A DNA stretch of 64,000 nt. Source: Escherichia phage 310Ecol104PP. The notes under the pieces were generated by a model, which saw only the letters and a list, made by a program, of their open reading frames with translations, was not told the DNA's origin and ran no database searches. Within the stretch, counting starts at the first letter, position 1, and every line of letters starts with the position of its first letter. The DNA lies in the sequence record OR062946.1; one strand, written 5' to 3'. This document shows positions 1 through 10,824 of the stretch, in pieces. Position numbers and translations under genes: made by a program.

Positions 1-114
1 AGAGTTAAAGAAACTGAATTAAAAGATACTGATGACATCTCTGTGAGAGATGCTTTGGCAGGAAAAAGAGCTGAATTAGAAGATTCAGACGATGAAGTAG
101 AAGAAAGCTTTTAA
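1..114 (+). CDS. 3' end of a plus-strand gene entering from upstream (…EDSDDEVEESF, stop 112-114); by T-even synteny possibly the uvsW/uvsW.1 C-terminus
   Basis: Open frame 1 from window edge to TAA at 112-114; convergent with uvsY block; identity is positional inference only. Confidence 0.35.
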   Translation, partial: RVKETELKDTDDISVRDALAGKRAELEDSDDEVEESF

Positions 115-169
115 ATTAAAAAAGGCCCAACCAAAAAGGAAGGGCCAAAACTATAGACTAAAGGTCACA

Positions 170-337
170 CTATAGCAAAAGTTGTGTTTCATTTAATTGT
201 TCTTCCGAACTTTCTGAAACTGGTAGTTCTTTAATGTAATTATAGCAAGGCCCAGGATGTACAGGACCTTTGTCTGTTTCAACAACCAATGCAGAATCGA
301 TTGGAGTTTTACAGACAACACAAATCTTATCTGACAT
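170..337 (-). CDS. small 55-aa protein with CxxC...C (uvsY.-2 position)
   Basis: Manual translation MSDKICVVCKTPIDS...; ATG at 335-337, stop at 170-172; below the ORF-track size cutoff. Confidence 0.45.
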   Translation of the reverse strand: MSDKICVVCKTPIDSALVVETDKGPVHPGPCYNYIKELPVSESSEEQLNETQLLL

Positions 338-365
338 GATTGTCTCCTCTGAATTATATATCTAT

Positions 366-590
366 TTATACAACTCTCATATGCATATCAATGCCCATAT
401 CTTTAGAATAAAAATATTCATCAAGATATCCGGCAAATTTTCCTTTAATATAAAGGACATCTTCACCACACGGGTGGTCGGCCAGGATACGAATATCCTG
501 ACGCTTAAGATTATACTTTTTCATTAAGAATTGAATCTCAGTTTCAAATTCTTCTTCATAATTAAAAGCATCATCAATGCTATATCTCAT
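366..590 (-). CDS. hypothetical 74-aa protein (uvsY.-1 position)
   Basis: ORF directly downstream of uvsY on the same strand, stop/start abutting. Confidence 0.5.
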   Translation of the reverse strand: MRYSIDDAFNYEEEFETEIQFLMKKYNLKRQDIRILADHPCGEDVLYIKGKFAGYLDEYFYSKDMGIDMHMRVV

Positions 591-1003
591 TATTTTCCAG
601 CCTCAAATGCTCGCATGTCTTGAATATGCTTAATAGCAAATCCACGTGATTTAATAGCATCAAGAGCTCCGCTACAAAAATCCAATAAAATTCCCCAATA
701 TTGTAATGAAGTATCAACCTTTAAAACATCCTTATCAGCTGATAGAACTGTCTTCATTTCTGATTTCTCGTAACGATCCATACTAAATTCATCACCATCT
801 CCTCGTCCCGAGTAGTAGTCTAATTTAGCTTTAAGAGCAACTTTTTTCTGTGCATCAATTCTAAGCATTTCCTTTTTAATACTTGAATGCTTATTAAGCC
901 ATTTACTATATAACATCACATTATTAGCTGCTTCATACTGTAATTTAGTCGAATCTATAAACACATCTTTCTTCAATTCTTCTTGAAGATCTTCTAATCT
1001 CAT
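590..1003 (-). CDS. uvsY: UvsY recombination mediator protein
   Basis: 137-aa ORF, the remembered UvsY length; sits immediately upstream of gene 25 as in T4. Confidence 0.9.
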   Translation of the reverse strand: MRLEDLQEELKKDVFIDSTKLQYEAANNVMLYSKWLNKHSSIKKEMLRIDAQKKVALKAKLDYYSGRGDGDEFSMDRYEKSEMKTVLSADKDVLKVDTSLQYWGILLDFCSGALDAIKSRGFAIKHIQDMRAFEAGK

Positions 1004-1043
1004 ATTGTTCTCTATTCAATTGTTATTGGATGGACTTAGATTC

Positions 1044-1072
1044 ATTATACCACGTTTTAACGTGAAGCATTA
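1044..1072 (-). promoter_or_regulatory. MotA-dependent middle promoter upstream of uvsY
   Basis: On the minus strand taaTGCTTCA (MotA box), 13 nt, then TATAAT, about 35 nt upstream of the uvsY ATG. Confidence 0.6.
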
Positions 1073-1468
1073 TACTCTATTACTAGAAGCTAACTGCAGT
1101 TTTATCTGCTCAATATCATCAGGATTATCAATGACCGAAAAGCGTATTTCTACTATCAGAGTATAATCATCATAAACTGGTATCACATTAACTGCTAATT
1201 TATCAATACGTGGCTCATAGTTTCTTACTGCGCTTTCGATGTTACGCTCAACCGTATCAGCAGTAAGAGGAGTCATATTTTCAAAAAGCTGATCTGATAA
1301 ATCACATCCAAATTCAGGGTCAAACGGTCTTGAACCTTTTCTTGTTGTAATAATTCCCAAAAGACTGTTTTTAATTGACCTTAATCCAAGCGATCTGGAA
1401 ACGTCTTTGTTCCAATCCATTTTCATTTCCGGGTCAATGTCAGAATAAAGCTTATTAATATTTGACAT
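1070..1468 (-). CDS. 25: baseplate wedge protein gp25
   Basis: 132-aa ORF, length and position match T4 gp25; abuts gene 26. Confidence 0.9.
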   Translation of the reverse strand: MSNINKLYSDIDPEMKMDWNKDVSRSLGLRSIKNSLLGIITTRKGSRPFDPEFGCDLSDQLFENMTPLTADTVERNIESAVRNYEPRIDKLAVNVIPVYDDYTLIVEIRFSVIDNPDDIEQIKLQLASSNRV

Positions 1469-2094
1469 TATAGTAACTCAAAGAACTCTTTGAGGCCTCT
1501 TATTACGTGAGCATGGGTTTTTCCACACTCTGGACACTTAATTGGAACAGCCAAATAAACAGTAGGCTTTAAAAGCATATCTTTTATAGCTACAATATCT
1601 GACTCTGTGATGATAGAATATAAATCTTCCAGTTCCTTTTCATTTAAGTCTTCAACTGGAATGCTTTCCCCGTTAGCATGAATCGTTTCTATGCATGATA
1701 CTATCATGTGGGCTATATTTTTATCATCAAAAATTTTAGGGTAATGGAACTTAATTTTAATGTCACCCAGTGTATACCAGAGGTCTTCTGGTGTATCTAT
1801 TTGTGTATGTAATAGATTTATATGGGTTGGTATTTCAGTTCCACAGGTGCACTTCCAGGAGTTTTCGTGATTAACTTCTCCAAGAGAATGTGCCCATAAA
1901 TGAATCAGCAGTAGTTCTGATTCTTGGCGGTTTAAATCTTTTGCATTTGTACAGTCTTTAATTAGCTTTTTAACGATCTCTTCTACTGAACCGTTCTTTT
2001 TAGCAGTAATAAGTTCTAGATATTCTTTAAGAGTAAATGCGCGACAGTTGATTATTTTAGAACCAACTCTCACATCAAATTTGTATTCATACAT
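1468..2094 (-). CDS. 26: baseplate hub protein gp26
   Basis: 208-aa ORF with Cys-rich C-terminal half; divergent from gene 51 as in T4. Confidence 0.85.
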   Translation of the reverse strand: MYEYKFDVRVGSKIINCRAFTLKEYLELITAKKNGSVEEIVKKLIKDCTNAKDLNRQESELLLIHLWAHSLGEVNHENSWKCTCGTEIPTHINLLHTQIDTPEDLWYTLGDIKIKFHYPKIFDDKNIAHMIVSCIETIHANGESIPVEDLNEKELEDLYSIITESDIVAIKDMLLKPTVYLAVPIKCPECGKTHAHVIRGLKEFFELL

Positions 2095-2114
2095 ATTTAG
2101 CTCCTTTATTTATC

Positions 2115-2128
2115 ATATTTATAAATAG
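2115..2128. promoter_or_regulatory. bidirectional late promoter between genes 26 and 51
   Basis: atatTTATAAATAg reads TATAAATA on both strands; plus copy is followed by AAGGAG and the gene 51 ATG at 2145. Confidence 0.6.
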
Positions 2129-2144
2129 AATAAAAGGAGCATCT

Positions 2145-2894
2145 ATGGCAAACATTATTCGTTGTAAATTACCAGATGGTGTTCATCGTTTTAAACCATT
2201 TACGGTAGAAGATTATCGAGATTTTTTGTTAGTTCGAAACGATATAGAACATCGGTCACCACAAGAACAAAAAGAAATAATTGCTGATTTAATTGCTGAT
2301 TATTTTGGAGACTATCCGAAGACTTGGCAACCATTTATATTTTTGCAGGTATTTGTAGGGTCAATAGGTAAAACTAAAGTACCAGTCACATTTGTGTGTC
2401 CAAAATGTAAAAAAGAAAAGACAGTTCCATTTGAAATATATCAAAAAGAATTAAAGGAACCTGTTTTTGATGTAGCTAATGTTAAAATTAAATTAAAGTT
2501 TCCTTCTGAGTTTTATGAAAATAAAGCAAAGATGATTACTGAAAATATTCATTCTGTTCAAGTAGATGAAATGTGGTATGATTGGAAGGAAATTAGCGAG
2601 TCCAGTCAAATAGAACTCGTTGACGCCATCGAGATAGAAACATTAGAAAAAATTCTCGATGCAATGAATCCTATTAATTTAACTCTACATATGTCATGCT
2701 GTAATAAGTACATTAAAAAATACACTGATATAGTAGACGTGTTTAAGCTATTAGTTAACCCAGATGAGATATTTACTTTTTATCAAATTAATCACACACT
2801 CGTAAAAAGCAATTATAGCTTAAATTCAATAATGAAAATGATTCCTGCTGAGCGCGGATTCGTATTAAAACTGATTGAGAAGGATAAACAATAA
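2145..2894 (+). CDS. 51: baseplate hub assembly protein gp51
   Basis: 249-aa ORF, size and synteny match T4 gp51. Confidence 0.85.
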   Translation: MANIIRCKLPDGVHRFKPFTVEDYRDFLLVRNDIEHRSPQEQKEIIADLIADYFGDYPKTWQPFIFLQVFVGSIGKTKVPVTFVCPKCKKEKTVPFEIYQKELKEPVFDVANVKIKLKFPSEFYENKAKMITENIHSVQVDEMWYDWKEISESSQIELVDAIEIETLEKILDAMNPINLTLHMSCCNKYIKKYTDIVDVFKLLVNPDEIFTFYQINHTLVKSNYSLNSIMKMIPAERGFVLKLIEKDKQ

Positions 2895-4069
2895 TGAGTA
2901 TGTTGCAACGCCCCGGATATCCAAATCTCAGCGTTAAATTATTTGATAGCTACGACGCTTGGAGTAATAATAGATTTGTTGAATTAGCTGCTACTATTAC
3001 CACATTAACTATGCGTGATTCTCTTTATGGCCGAAATGAAGGAATGCTGCAGTTTTATGATTCTAAAAACATCCATACAAAAATGGATGGAAATGAAATA
3101 ATTCAGATTTCTGTAGCTAATGCAAATGATATTAATAATGTTAAAACACGAATTTATGGATGTAAGCATTTTTCCGTGTCAGTAGATTCAAAAGGTGATA
3201 ACATCATTGCTATTGAATTGGGAACTATTCATTCTATAGAAAATCTTAAATTTGGTAGACCATTTTTCCCTGATGCAGGTGAATCTATAAAAGAAATGCT
3301 TGGTGTCATTTATCAGGATCGCACATTATTAACTCCAGCAATAAATGCTATAAATGCTTATGTTCCTGATATTCCATGGACTAGCACATTTGAAAACTAT
3401 TTGTCATATGTAAGAGAAGTTGCTCTAGCTGTAGGAAGCGACAAATTTGTATTTGTATGGCAAGACATCATGGGAGTTAACATGATGGACTATGATATGA
3501 TGATAAATCAAGAACCATATCCAATGATTGTCGGTGAGCCATCTTTAATAGGTCAATTCATCCAAGAATTAAAATACCCATTAGCATATGATTTTGTTTG
3601 GTTGACTAAATCGAATCCTCACAAACGCGACCCAATGAAAAATGCTACTATCTATGCTCATTCATTTTTAGATTCTTCATTGCCAATGATTACTACAGGA
3701 AAGGGTGAAAACTCTATTGTAGTGTCAAGGTCAGGTGCTTATTCTGAAATGACTTATAGGAATGGATATGAAGAAGCTATTCGTCTTCAAACTATGGCAC
3801 AATATGACGGTTATGCTAAATGTTCTACTGTCGGTAATTTTAACTTGACTCCTGGCGTTAAAATTATTTTTAATGATAGTAAAAACCAATTTAAAACAGA
3901 ATTTTACGTTGATGAAGTTATCCATGAATTATCCAATAATAATTCAGTAACTCATCTATATATGTTCACTAATGCAACGAAACTGGAAACAATAGACCCA
4001 GTTAAGGTTAAAAATGAATTTAAATCTGATACTACCACTGAAGAAAGTAGTTCTTCCAATAAGCAATAA
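2894..4069 (+). CDS. 27: baseplate hub protein gp27
   Basis: 391-aa ORF, size and synteny match T4 gp27. Confidence 0.9.
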   Translation: MSMLQRPGYPNLSVKLFDSYDAWSNNRFVELAATITTLTMRDSLYGRNEGMLQFYDSKNIHTKMDGNEIIQISVANANDINNVKTRIYGCKHFSVSVDSKGDNIIAIELGTIHSIENLKFGRPFFPDAGESIKEMLGVIYQDRTLLTPAINAINAYVPDIPWTSTFENYLSYVREVALAVGSDKFVFVWQDIMGVNMMDYDMMINQEPYPMIVGEPSLIGQFIQELKYPLAYDFVWLTKSNPHKRDPMKNATIYAHSFLDSSLPMITTGKGENSIVVSRSGAYSEMTYRNGYEEAIRLQTMAQYDGYAKCSTVGNFNLTPGVKIIFNDSKNQFKTEFYVDEVIHELSNNNSVTHLYMFTNATKLETIDPVKVKNEFKSDTTTEESSSSNKQ

Positions 4070-4547
4070 AGAAGTTTCTATTCCTAAAATGGGTCTTAAA
4101 CATTATAACATTTTAAAGGATGTTAAAGGTCCTGATGAAAATTTAAAACTTCTTATTGATTCTATTTGTCCGAATTTGTCACCAGCAGAAGTTGATTTCG
4201 TTTCTATTCATTTATTGGAATTTAATGGAAAGATTAAATCTCGTAAAGAAATAGATGGCTATACTTATGACATTAATGATGTTTATGTATGCCAAAGATT
4301 GGAATTTCAATACCAAGGAAATACATTTTATTTTAGACCTCCTGGAAAATTTGAACAATTTTTAACGGTGAGCGATATGTTATCTAAATGCTTGCTTAAG
4401 GTCAATGATGAAGTTAAAGAAATTAATTTTCTTGAGATGCCAGCATTCGTTTTAAAATGGGCAAATGATATTTTTACAACTTTAGCAATTCCTGGCCCTA
4501 ATGGTCCAATAACCGGAATTGGCAATATTATTGGATTATTTGAATGA
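4014..4547 (+). CDS. 28: baseplate hub distal protein gp28
   Basis: 177-aa ORF overlapping the gene 27 end by 56 nt in another frame. Confidence 0.85.
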   Translation: MNLNLILPLKKVVLPISNKEVSIPKMGLKHYNILKDVKGPDENLKLLIDSICPNLSPAEVDFVSIHLLEFNGKIKSRKEIDGYTYDINDVYVCQRLEFQYQGNTFYFRPPGKFEQFLTVSDMLSKCLLKVNDEVKEINFLEMPAFVLKWANDIFTTLAIPGPNGPITGIGNIIGLFE

Positions 4548-6316
4548 AAAAGCCACAAGAAATGCAAACGATGCGTAGAAAAGTTATTTCAGATAATAAA
4601 CCAACACAGGAAGCGGCTAAATCCGCTTCTAACACTTTATCTGGACTTAACGATATATCTACGAAATTGGATGATGCTCAAGCTGCTTCTGAGTTAATTG
4701 CTCAAACTGTCGAAGAAAAATCGAATGAAATAATTGGAGCAATTGACAACGTAGAAAGCGCAGTGAGTGATACTACTGCTGGTTCTGAGTTAATTGCTGA
4801 AACCGTTGAAATTGGCAATAATATTAATAAAGAAATCGGTGAATCACTCGGGAGCAAATTAGATAAATTAACAAGTTTACTAGAGCAAAAAATTCAGACA
4901 GCTGGAATTCAACAAACAGGAACTAGTTTAGCCACGGTTGAAAGCGCTATTCCTGTTAAAGTTGTTGAGGACGATACAGCTGAATCTGTGGGTCCTTTAT
5001 TACCGGCTCCTGAAGCAGTTAATAATGATCCTGATGCTGATTTTTTCCCTACCCCTCAGCCAGTCGAACCTAAACAAGAATCGCCAGAAGAAAAACAGAA
5101 AAAAGACGCATTTAACTTAAAATTATCTCAAGCTTTAGATAAATTAACAAAGACTGTTGATTTCGGATTTAAGAAATCTATTTCAATTACTGATAAAATA
5201 TCAAGCATGCTATTTAAGTATACCGTCAGTGCTGCTATTGAAGCTGCTAAAATGACTGCAATGATATTGGCTGTTGTTGTTGGAATAGATCTACTGATGG
5301 TTCACTTTAAATATTGGTCAGATAAATTTTCAAAAGCCTGGGATTTATATAGTACTGATTTTACTAAATTCTCTAGCGAAACCGGAACATGGGGTCCTTT
5401 ATTACAGAGCATCTTTGATTCTATTGATAAAATTAAACAACTTTGGGAAGCGGGAGATTGGGGTGGATTGACAACAGCTATCATAGAAGGACTTGGAAGT
5501 GTTCTTTTTAATTTAGGAGAGCTTATTCAATTAGGTATGGCTAAATTATCTGCAGCAATTCTTCGAGTCATTCCTGGTATGAAGGATACTGCTGATGAAG
5601 TAGAAGGAAGAGCATTGGAAAATTTCCAAAATTCTACTGGAGCATCTCTCAATAAAGAAGACCAAGAAAAAGTTGCAAATTATCAAGATAAACGAATGAA
5701 CGGAGACCTTGGTCCGATAGCAAAAGGATTAGATAAAATTGCTAATTGGAAAACTCGTGCATCTAATTGGATTCGCGGTGTTGATAATAAAGAAGCACTA
5801 ACTACCGACGAAGAACGTGCAGCAGAAGAAGAAAAATTAAAGCAGCTTTCACCTGAAGAAAGAAAAAATGCTTTAATGAAGGCTAATGAAGCACGTGCCG
5901 CGATGATTCGTTTTGAAAAATATGCTGATTCAGCTGATATGAGTAAAGACTCAACGGTTAAATCTGTTGAATCTGCCTATGAAGACCTTAAAAAACGGAT
6001 GGATGACCCGGATTTAAACAATTCACCGGCAGTTAAAAAAGAACTTGCTGCTAGATTTTCTAAAATTGATGCTACTTATCAAGAGCTCAAGAAAAATCAG
6101 CCTAATGCCAAACCTGAAACTTCTGCTAAATCGCCAGAAGCGAAACAGGTCCAGGTTATTGAAAAGAACAAAGCACAGCAAGCTCCTGTTCAGCAAGCAT
6201 CTCCTTCAATCAATAATACTAATAATGTTGTTAAGAAAAATACTGTCGTTCATAATATGACACCTGTAACAAGCACAACTGCTCCTGGTGTATTTGATGC
6301 GACTGGAGTTAATTAA
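4544..6316 (+). CDS. 29: baseplate hub / tail-length determining protein gp29
   Basis: 590-aa ORF with internal repeats (AASELIAQTVE.. / AGSELIAETVE..); ATGA overlap with gene 28. Confidence 0.9.
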   Translation: MKKPQEMQTMRRKVISDNKPTQEAAKSASNTLSGLNDISTKLDDAQAASELIAQTVEEKSNEIIGAIDNVESAVSDTTAGSELIAETVEIGNNINKEIGESLGSKLDKLTSLLEQKIQTAGIQQTGTSLATVESAIPVKVVEDDTAESVGPLLPAPEAVNNDPDADFFPTPQPVEPKQESPEEKQKKDAFNLKLSQALDKLTKTVDFGFKKSISITDKISSMLFKYTVSAAIEAAKMTAMILAVVVGIDLLMVHFKYWSDKFSKAWDLYSTDFTKFSSETGTWGPLLQSIFDSIDKIKQLWEAGDWGGLTTAIIEGLGSVLFNLGELIQLGMAKLSAAILRVIPGMKDTADEVEGRALENFQNSTGASLNKEDQEKVANYQDKRMNGDLGPIAKGLDKIANWKTRASNWIRGVDNKEALTTDEERAAEEEKLKQLSPEERKNALMKANEARAAMIRFEKYADSADMSKDSTVKSVESAYEDLKKRMDDPDLNNSPAVKKELAARFSKIDATYQELKKNQPNAKPETSAKSPEAKQVQVIEKNKAQQAPVQQASPSINNTNNVVKKNTVVHNMTPVTSTTAPGVFDATGVN

Positions 6317-6324
6317 GGAATAAT

Positions 6325-7419
6325 ATGGCAATTGTTAAAGAAATAACTACTGATTTAATTAAAAAGTCCGGTGAGAAAATTTCAGCCGGACAGAGCACTA
6401 AATCAGAAGTAGTAACTAAAACATACACTGCCCAGTTTCCAACTGGGCGTGCTAGTGGTAATGACACTACAGGGGACTTCCAGGTAACAGATCTATATAA
6501 GAATGGATTATTATTTACTGCATACAATATGTCATCTAGGGATTCTGGAAGTCTTAGATCGATGAGATCTAACTACTCTTCTTCATCTTCGAGTATTTTA
6601 AGTACAGCTAGAAACACTATTAGTAGTACAGTATCAAAACTATCAAATGGATTAATATCAAATAATAATTCAGGAACAATAAGTAAAGCTCCTGTGGCAA
6701 ATATTCTTTTGCCGAGATCTAAATCTGACGTTGATACATCATCACATAGATTTAATGATGTTCAAGAAAGTCTTATCAGCAGAGGCGGAGGTACTGCTAC
6801 TGGTGTGCTAAGTAATATTGCTTCAACTGCAGTATTTGGAGCACTGGAAAGTATAACACAAGGTATAATGGCTGATAATAATGAACAAATATACACTACG
6901 GCTCGAAGTATGTATGGTGGTGCTGAAAATAGAACTAAAGTGTTTACTTGGGATTTGACTCCACGTTCAACAGAAGATTTAATGGCTATTATTAATATCT
7001 ATCAATATTTTAACTATTTTTCTTATGGTGAAACTGGTAAATCTCAATATGCTGCTGAAATAAAGGGGTATTTAGATGATTGGTATCGTTCTACGTTAAT
7101 TGAACCTTTATCTCCGGAAGACGCAGCTAAAAATAAAACACTATTTGAGAAAATGACATCGAGTTTAACTAACGTTCTAGTAGTTTCAAACCCGACAATT
7201 TGGATGGTGAAAAACTTTGGTGCAACATCTAAGTTTGATGGAAAAACGGAAATATTTGGCCCATGCCAAATACAGAGCATCAGATTTGATAAAACACCTA
7301 ATGGTAACTTTAACGGATTAGCTATTGCTCCAAACCTCCCTAGTACATTTACTCTTGAGATTACTATGAGAGAAATTATTACGTTAAACCGTGCTTCTTT
7401 ATATGCGGGGACTTTTTAA
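6325..7419 (+). CDS. 48: baseplate tail-tube junction protein gp48
   Basis: 364-aa ORF, size and order 29-48-54 match T4. Confidence 0.9.
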   Translation: MAIVKEITTDLIKKSGEKISAGQSTKSEVVTKTYTAQFPTGRASGNDTTGDFQVTDLYKNGLLFTAYNMSSRDSGSLRSMRSNYSSSSSSILSTARNTISSTVSKLSNGLISNNNSGTISKAPVANILLPRSKSDVDTSSHRFNDVQESLISRGGGTATGVLSNIASTAVFGALESITQGIMADNNEQIYTTARSMYGGAENRTKVFTWDLTPRSTEDLMAIINIYQYFNYFSYGETGKSQYAAEIKGYLDDWYRSTLIEPLSPEDAAKNKTLFEKMTSSLTNVLVVSNPTIWMVKNFGATSKFDGKTEIFGPCQIQSIRFDKTPNGNFNGLAIAPNLPSTFTLEITMREIITLNRASLYAGTF

Positions 7420-8384
7420 TGTATTCTTTAGAGGAATTTAATAATCAAGCAATAAACGCAGATTTCCAACGTAATAATATGTTTAGCTGCGTTTTTGCAA
7501 CAACTCCATCAACTAAAAGCTCTTCGTTGATAAGTTCAATTAGCAACTTTTCTTATAATAACTTGGGCCTAAATTCAGATTGGTTAGGATTAACTCAAGG
7601 TGATATTAATCAGGGAATTACTACGCTAATTACAGCTGGCACACAAAAACTGATAAGAAAATCAGGGGTTAGTAAATATCTTATTGGTGCCATGAGTCAA
7701 CGTACAGTTCAAAGTTTATTAGGCTCATTTACAGTTGGTACATATTTAATTGACTTCTTTAACATGGCATATAACTCATCTGGATTGATGATATACTCTG
7801 TAAAAATGCCAGAGAATAGATTATCCTATGAAACTGACTGGAACTACAATTCTCCTAATATTCGCATAACCGGGAGAGAATTAGACCCTTTGGTTATTTC
7901 ATTTAGAATGGATTCAGAAGCTTGTAACTATCGTGCAATGCAAGACTGGGTTAACTCCGTTCAAGACCCAGTAACTGGATTACGTGCTTTGCCACAAGAT
8001 GTCGAGGCAGATATTCAGGTTAATCTTCATTCTCGTAATGGATTACCTCATACTGCGGTGATGTTCACTGGATGCATTCCAATATCAGTGAGCGCTCCTG
8101 AGTTATCATATGATGGAGATAACCAAATAACTACATTTGACGTTACTTTTGCGTATAGAGTGATGCAGGCTGGAGCAGTTGATAGGCAAGCTGCGCTTGA
8201 ATGGCTTGAATCTGCTGCTATAAATGGTATTCAAAGCGTTCTCGGAAATAGTGGAGGTGTTACTGGACTATCTAATTCGCTTTCACGACTCAGTAGATTA
8301 GGGGGAACTGCAGGAAGCATTTCAAACATTAATACTATGACAGGAATTGTCAATTCGCAAAGTAAAATATTAGGAGCAATATAA
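7419..8384 (+). CDS. 54: baseplate tail-tube initiator gp54
   Basis: 321-aa ORF, ATGA overlap with gene 48, followed by a terminator. Confidence 0.9.
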   Translation: MYSLEEFNNQAINADFQRNNMFSCVFATTPSTKSSSLISSISNFSYNNLGLNSDWLGLTQGDINQGITTLITAGTQKLIRKSGVSKYLIGAMSQRTVQSLLGSFTVGTYLIDFFNMAYNSSGLMIYSVKMPENRLSYETDWNYNSPNIRITGRELDPLVISFRMDSEACNYRAMQDWVNSVQDPVTGLRALPQDVEADIQVNLHSRNGLPHTAVMFTGCIPISVSAPELSYDGDNQITTFDVTFAYRVMQAGAVDRQAALEWLESAAINGIQSVLGNSGGVTGLSNSLSRLSRLGGTAGSISNINTMTGIVNSQSKILGAI

Positions 8385-8388
8385 CAAT

Positions 8389-8415
8389 GGGGACCTTTCG
8401 GTCCCCATATTTTTA
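8389..8415. terminator. bidirectional intrinsic terminator between gene 54 and the convergent 96-aa ORF
   Basis: GGGGACC-tttc-GGTCCCC hairpin followed by T-run. Confidence 0.6.
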
Positions 8416-8703
8416 TTTACGGAATGAAATAAAAGCAGCAACTGAAGCAACTAAACTGTCTTCAATATAAACCTCAATTTTTACCGGAGCTTCTGACTCA
8501 AATTTACCTGTTACTACACCTTGGAAAATACTTTCAGTCTGTTCTGGCTTTAAAAAATTTTCAGAAGGAAAAATTCCGAACTTTTTATCTGTTCCAAAAA
8601 TTTTGATAAATTCATCGTAAACTGCTTCATTAAAAGCATTATCAGCAGGAATAACGCCTTCAACTACAAGTTCTTGACCTAAAAAGCGCAAAGAAGATTT
8701 CAT
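8413..8703 (-). CDS. hypothetical 96-aa protein (alt.-3 position)
   Basis: ORF downstream of the Alt paralog; preceded by GAGGA Shine-Dalgarno and an early-type promoter. Confidence 0.5.
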   Translation of the reverse strand: MKSSLRFLGQELVVEGVIPADNAFNEAVYDEFIKIFGTDKKFGIFPSENFLKPEQTESIFQGVVTGKFESEAPVKIEVYIEDSLVASVAAFISFRK

Positions 8704-8734
8704 TTTGTGTTCCTCATGTTATGTCAGTAAGACT

Positions 8735-8764
8735 ACTATAACACAACACGAGGGACTTGTAAAC
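8735..8764 (-). promoter_or_regulatory. early-type promoter (GTTTAC -35, 18-nt spacer, TATAGT -10)
   Basis: Read on minus strand; near-identical copy upstream of alc at 24035-24064. Confidence 0.5.
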
Positions 8765-10821
8765 TACATCTTGAACTTTTTAGACATTCCGTTGATGTTA
8801 ATCAAAGAAGCCAAGATTTGAGAAACTTCGTTTTCCTCTTCTTTTGATTCTTCTACAAGGAATTGATTAAATCCAGCCATTGGACGAACTTCACCAGTTT
8901 CCATTAAATGGTCGCCATCATATACTGATTCTTCTAATTGTTCAGAAGGAGGAACGATTGTACCTTCGATTAGATACTTGTTATAAGCAGTTTCTTTCAT
9001 AAAGTACGTACTTACTTTATTAATCTTCAGTAAAATTCCACGCGGTAGAATAACTTCAGCTTCTGATGGAAATCCTGATAAATGACCTGGAACGATAACT
9101 TTGATTCGCTCAGCTCCTTTAATTACCATACCCACGCTAGTTTCAGCATCTTCAATGGCATATGTAGAATGACTACCCATATGCATTAAATCTTCTGCAT
9201 CAACGGAACCTTCTCCTTCGCCAGAAAATACTGCGCCGGAATCATCTAGAGCCATATAGTTTTTACCATGCTCACCGAAGATATTTGGTTTAAGTGATGT
9301 CGATACGAAGTTCTTGAAATAGAACATTTTGTTTTCAATGTTATGACGCAAAGTTTTAAAGGTAACTTCTTGTCCACGGTAAAGTGTAGTTCCTGGAGGA
9401 AGAACTGATCCTTTGGCAAAGGCAGAATCCAACGTCTCGATGTGCTTAATAGCTCGTTCCATATATTCTTCACGGGTAGAATCTGGTTTACCCAAAAGGA
9501 ACGAGTTCATTTCAACATATGAATCTGCACAATAATCTTCAATTACATCAGATTCAGCTTGGGTTAATCCTTTTGGAGTTACTTCGGTGCTTGCGTATTC
9601 ATATGCCTGGGCAGCAGATTCATTAATCAATTTATAAATGCCATTCATGACAAATTGAATAATAGCTGTCTTTTCATCTGGCGTAGCTTTAGAACCTTTA
9701 ACTAAATCATTAATAATTTTCTTAATAACATCAAAGCTATTAGAAATATTAATGTCAGCAAGATCGCTTAAAATTTTATCAGTTTTATAATCAAAGAATT
9801 CTTTATTCTTTAAATATTCTTGAGAACCTTGATATGTTATATCGCTCTGCAACTTGATAGATGGATCACGTAAACGTGCATGGGCTAATGCAATATGATT
9901 TCGGAAGTTTTCTAGTTCGTAATCGCTAGATTTAAAACGAGAAGCACTTCTCATACCACCAATAGCTCCTTTGCTGAAGTTTGAACCAATCTGAATAACG
10001 CCAGAGTTCATTGGTCCTTCTGCTTTATACACCGGAACTTTAGATTCAAACTCTTGATATTTCTTAGCAGCGAAGCTATCACCATGAAGTGAAGCATCGA
10101 CAGTAGAATATTGAGCTTGTGCTGCTAATCGACGACTAATTTTAGTTTTCTGAATAACAGCTTGATCAGTGCGCTTATCATTTTCTAAAGCAATAGAAGC
10201 AGCAACAGCGACAGCTTTAGGAACAGCATTACCTGTTTTAACGTCTACATAAACATCACCAACCTTTGATTCAACTTTTGTGAATAACTCAGTTGAAATA
10301 GGAGGTACACCTGGAATGTCTTCTAAATTGGCATTTTTACGGTAAACCATAATATATGCATATTTCTTATCATAGTCCCAGATTTCCTTTAAGAGAACAT
10401 ATCGACCTGCTCCTTTAGTACGTACTAAACGGTCAGCAATAACTTGCATTTGACGAGCTGCGCCATTTGTTTTACTCTTTAGTACGCGGAATAGGCATGC
10501 GTCGATTTTATACTGTTTCATTGTTTGAAGAGCAGTATCAAAAACAGCATTAATGACGCCAATTGGATTTCCACCCAAGTTTCTAAGCTTAACCAGCGAT
10601 AATTTCTCGTTGACACCTATCATTACGATATGCATCATTTTATCGCCCGGCTTAACGTTTTTATTTGTATCACCGCCAGAGGTGTATGTACAAAATCTAA
10701 ATCCAGGAAGCACGCTTTCTTCACCGGCTTGAATAGCAAAAATTTGAGGTATTTTATGCTTAGGATTTAAGTTAACAACCGGCGCCGAAGCGCCGTCAAA
10801 TAATTCTGTAATAAGTTCCAT
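8764..10821 (-). CDS. Alt-family ADP-ribosyltransferase paralog (685 aa)
   Basis: N-terminus MELITELFD.. nearly identical to Alt; C-terminal half has R-S-E motifs (LYRGQ, FVSTSL, EAEVILP). Confidence 0.8.
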   Translation of the reverse strand: MELITELFDGASAPVVNLNPKHKIPQIFAIQAGEESVLPGFRFCTYTSGGDTNKNVKPGDKMMHIVMIGVNEKLSLVKLRNLGGNPIGVINAVFDTALQTMKQYKIDACLFRVLKSKTNGAARQMQVIADRLVRTKGAGRYVLLKEIWDYDKKYAYIMVYRKNANLEDIPGVPPISTELFTKVESKVGDVYVDVKTGNAVPKAVAVAASIALENDKRTDQAVIQKTKISRRLAAQAQYSTVDASLHGDSFAAKKYQEFESKVPVYKAEGPMNSGVIQIGSNFSKGAIGGMRSASRFKSSDYELENFRNHIALAHARLRDPSIKLQSDITYQGSQEYLKNKEFFDYKTDKILSDLADINISNSFDVIKKIINDLVKGSKATPDEKTAIIQFVMNGIYKLINESAAQAYEYASTEVTPKGLTQAESDVIEDYCADSYVEMNSFLLGKPDSTREEYMERAIKHIETLDSAFAKGSVLPPGTTLYRGQEVTFKTLRHNIENKMFYFKNFVSTSLKPNIFGEHGKNYMALDDSGAVFSGEGEGSVDAEDLMHMGSHSTYAIEDAETSVGMVIKGAERIKVIVPGHLSGFPSEAEVILPRGILLKINKVSTYFMKETAYNKYLIEGTIVPPSEQLEESVYDGDHLMETGEVRPMAGFNQFLVEESKEEENEVSQILASLININGMSKKFKM

Positions 10822-10824
10822 GAT

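Noticed and set aside
270-527. 85-aa plus-strand ORF in the ORF track
   Set aside because: Lies antisense across the uvsY.-2 and uvsY.-1 genes, has a low-complexity translation and no ribosome-binding site
3731-5484. Several 60-79-aa ORFs (3731-3925, 4328-4567, 4938-5120, 5302-5484) inside genes 27-29
   Set aside because: All are embedded in or antisense to long, well-supported structural genes
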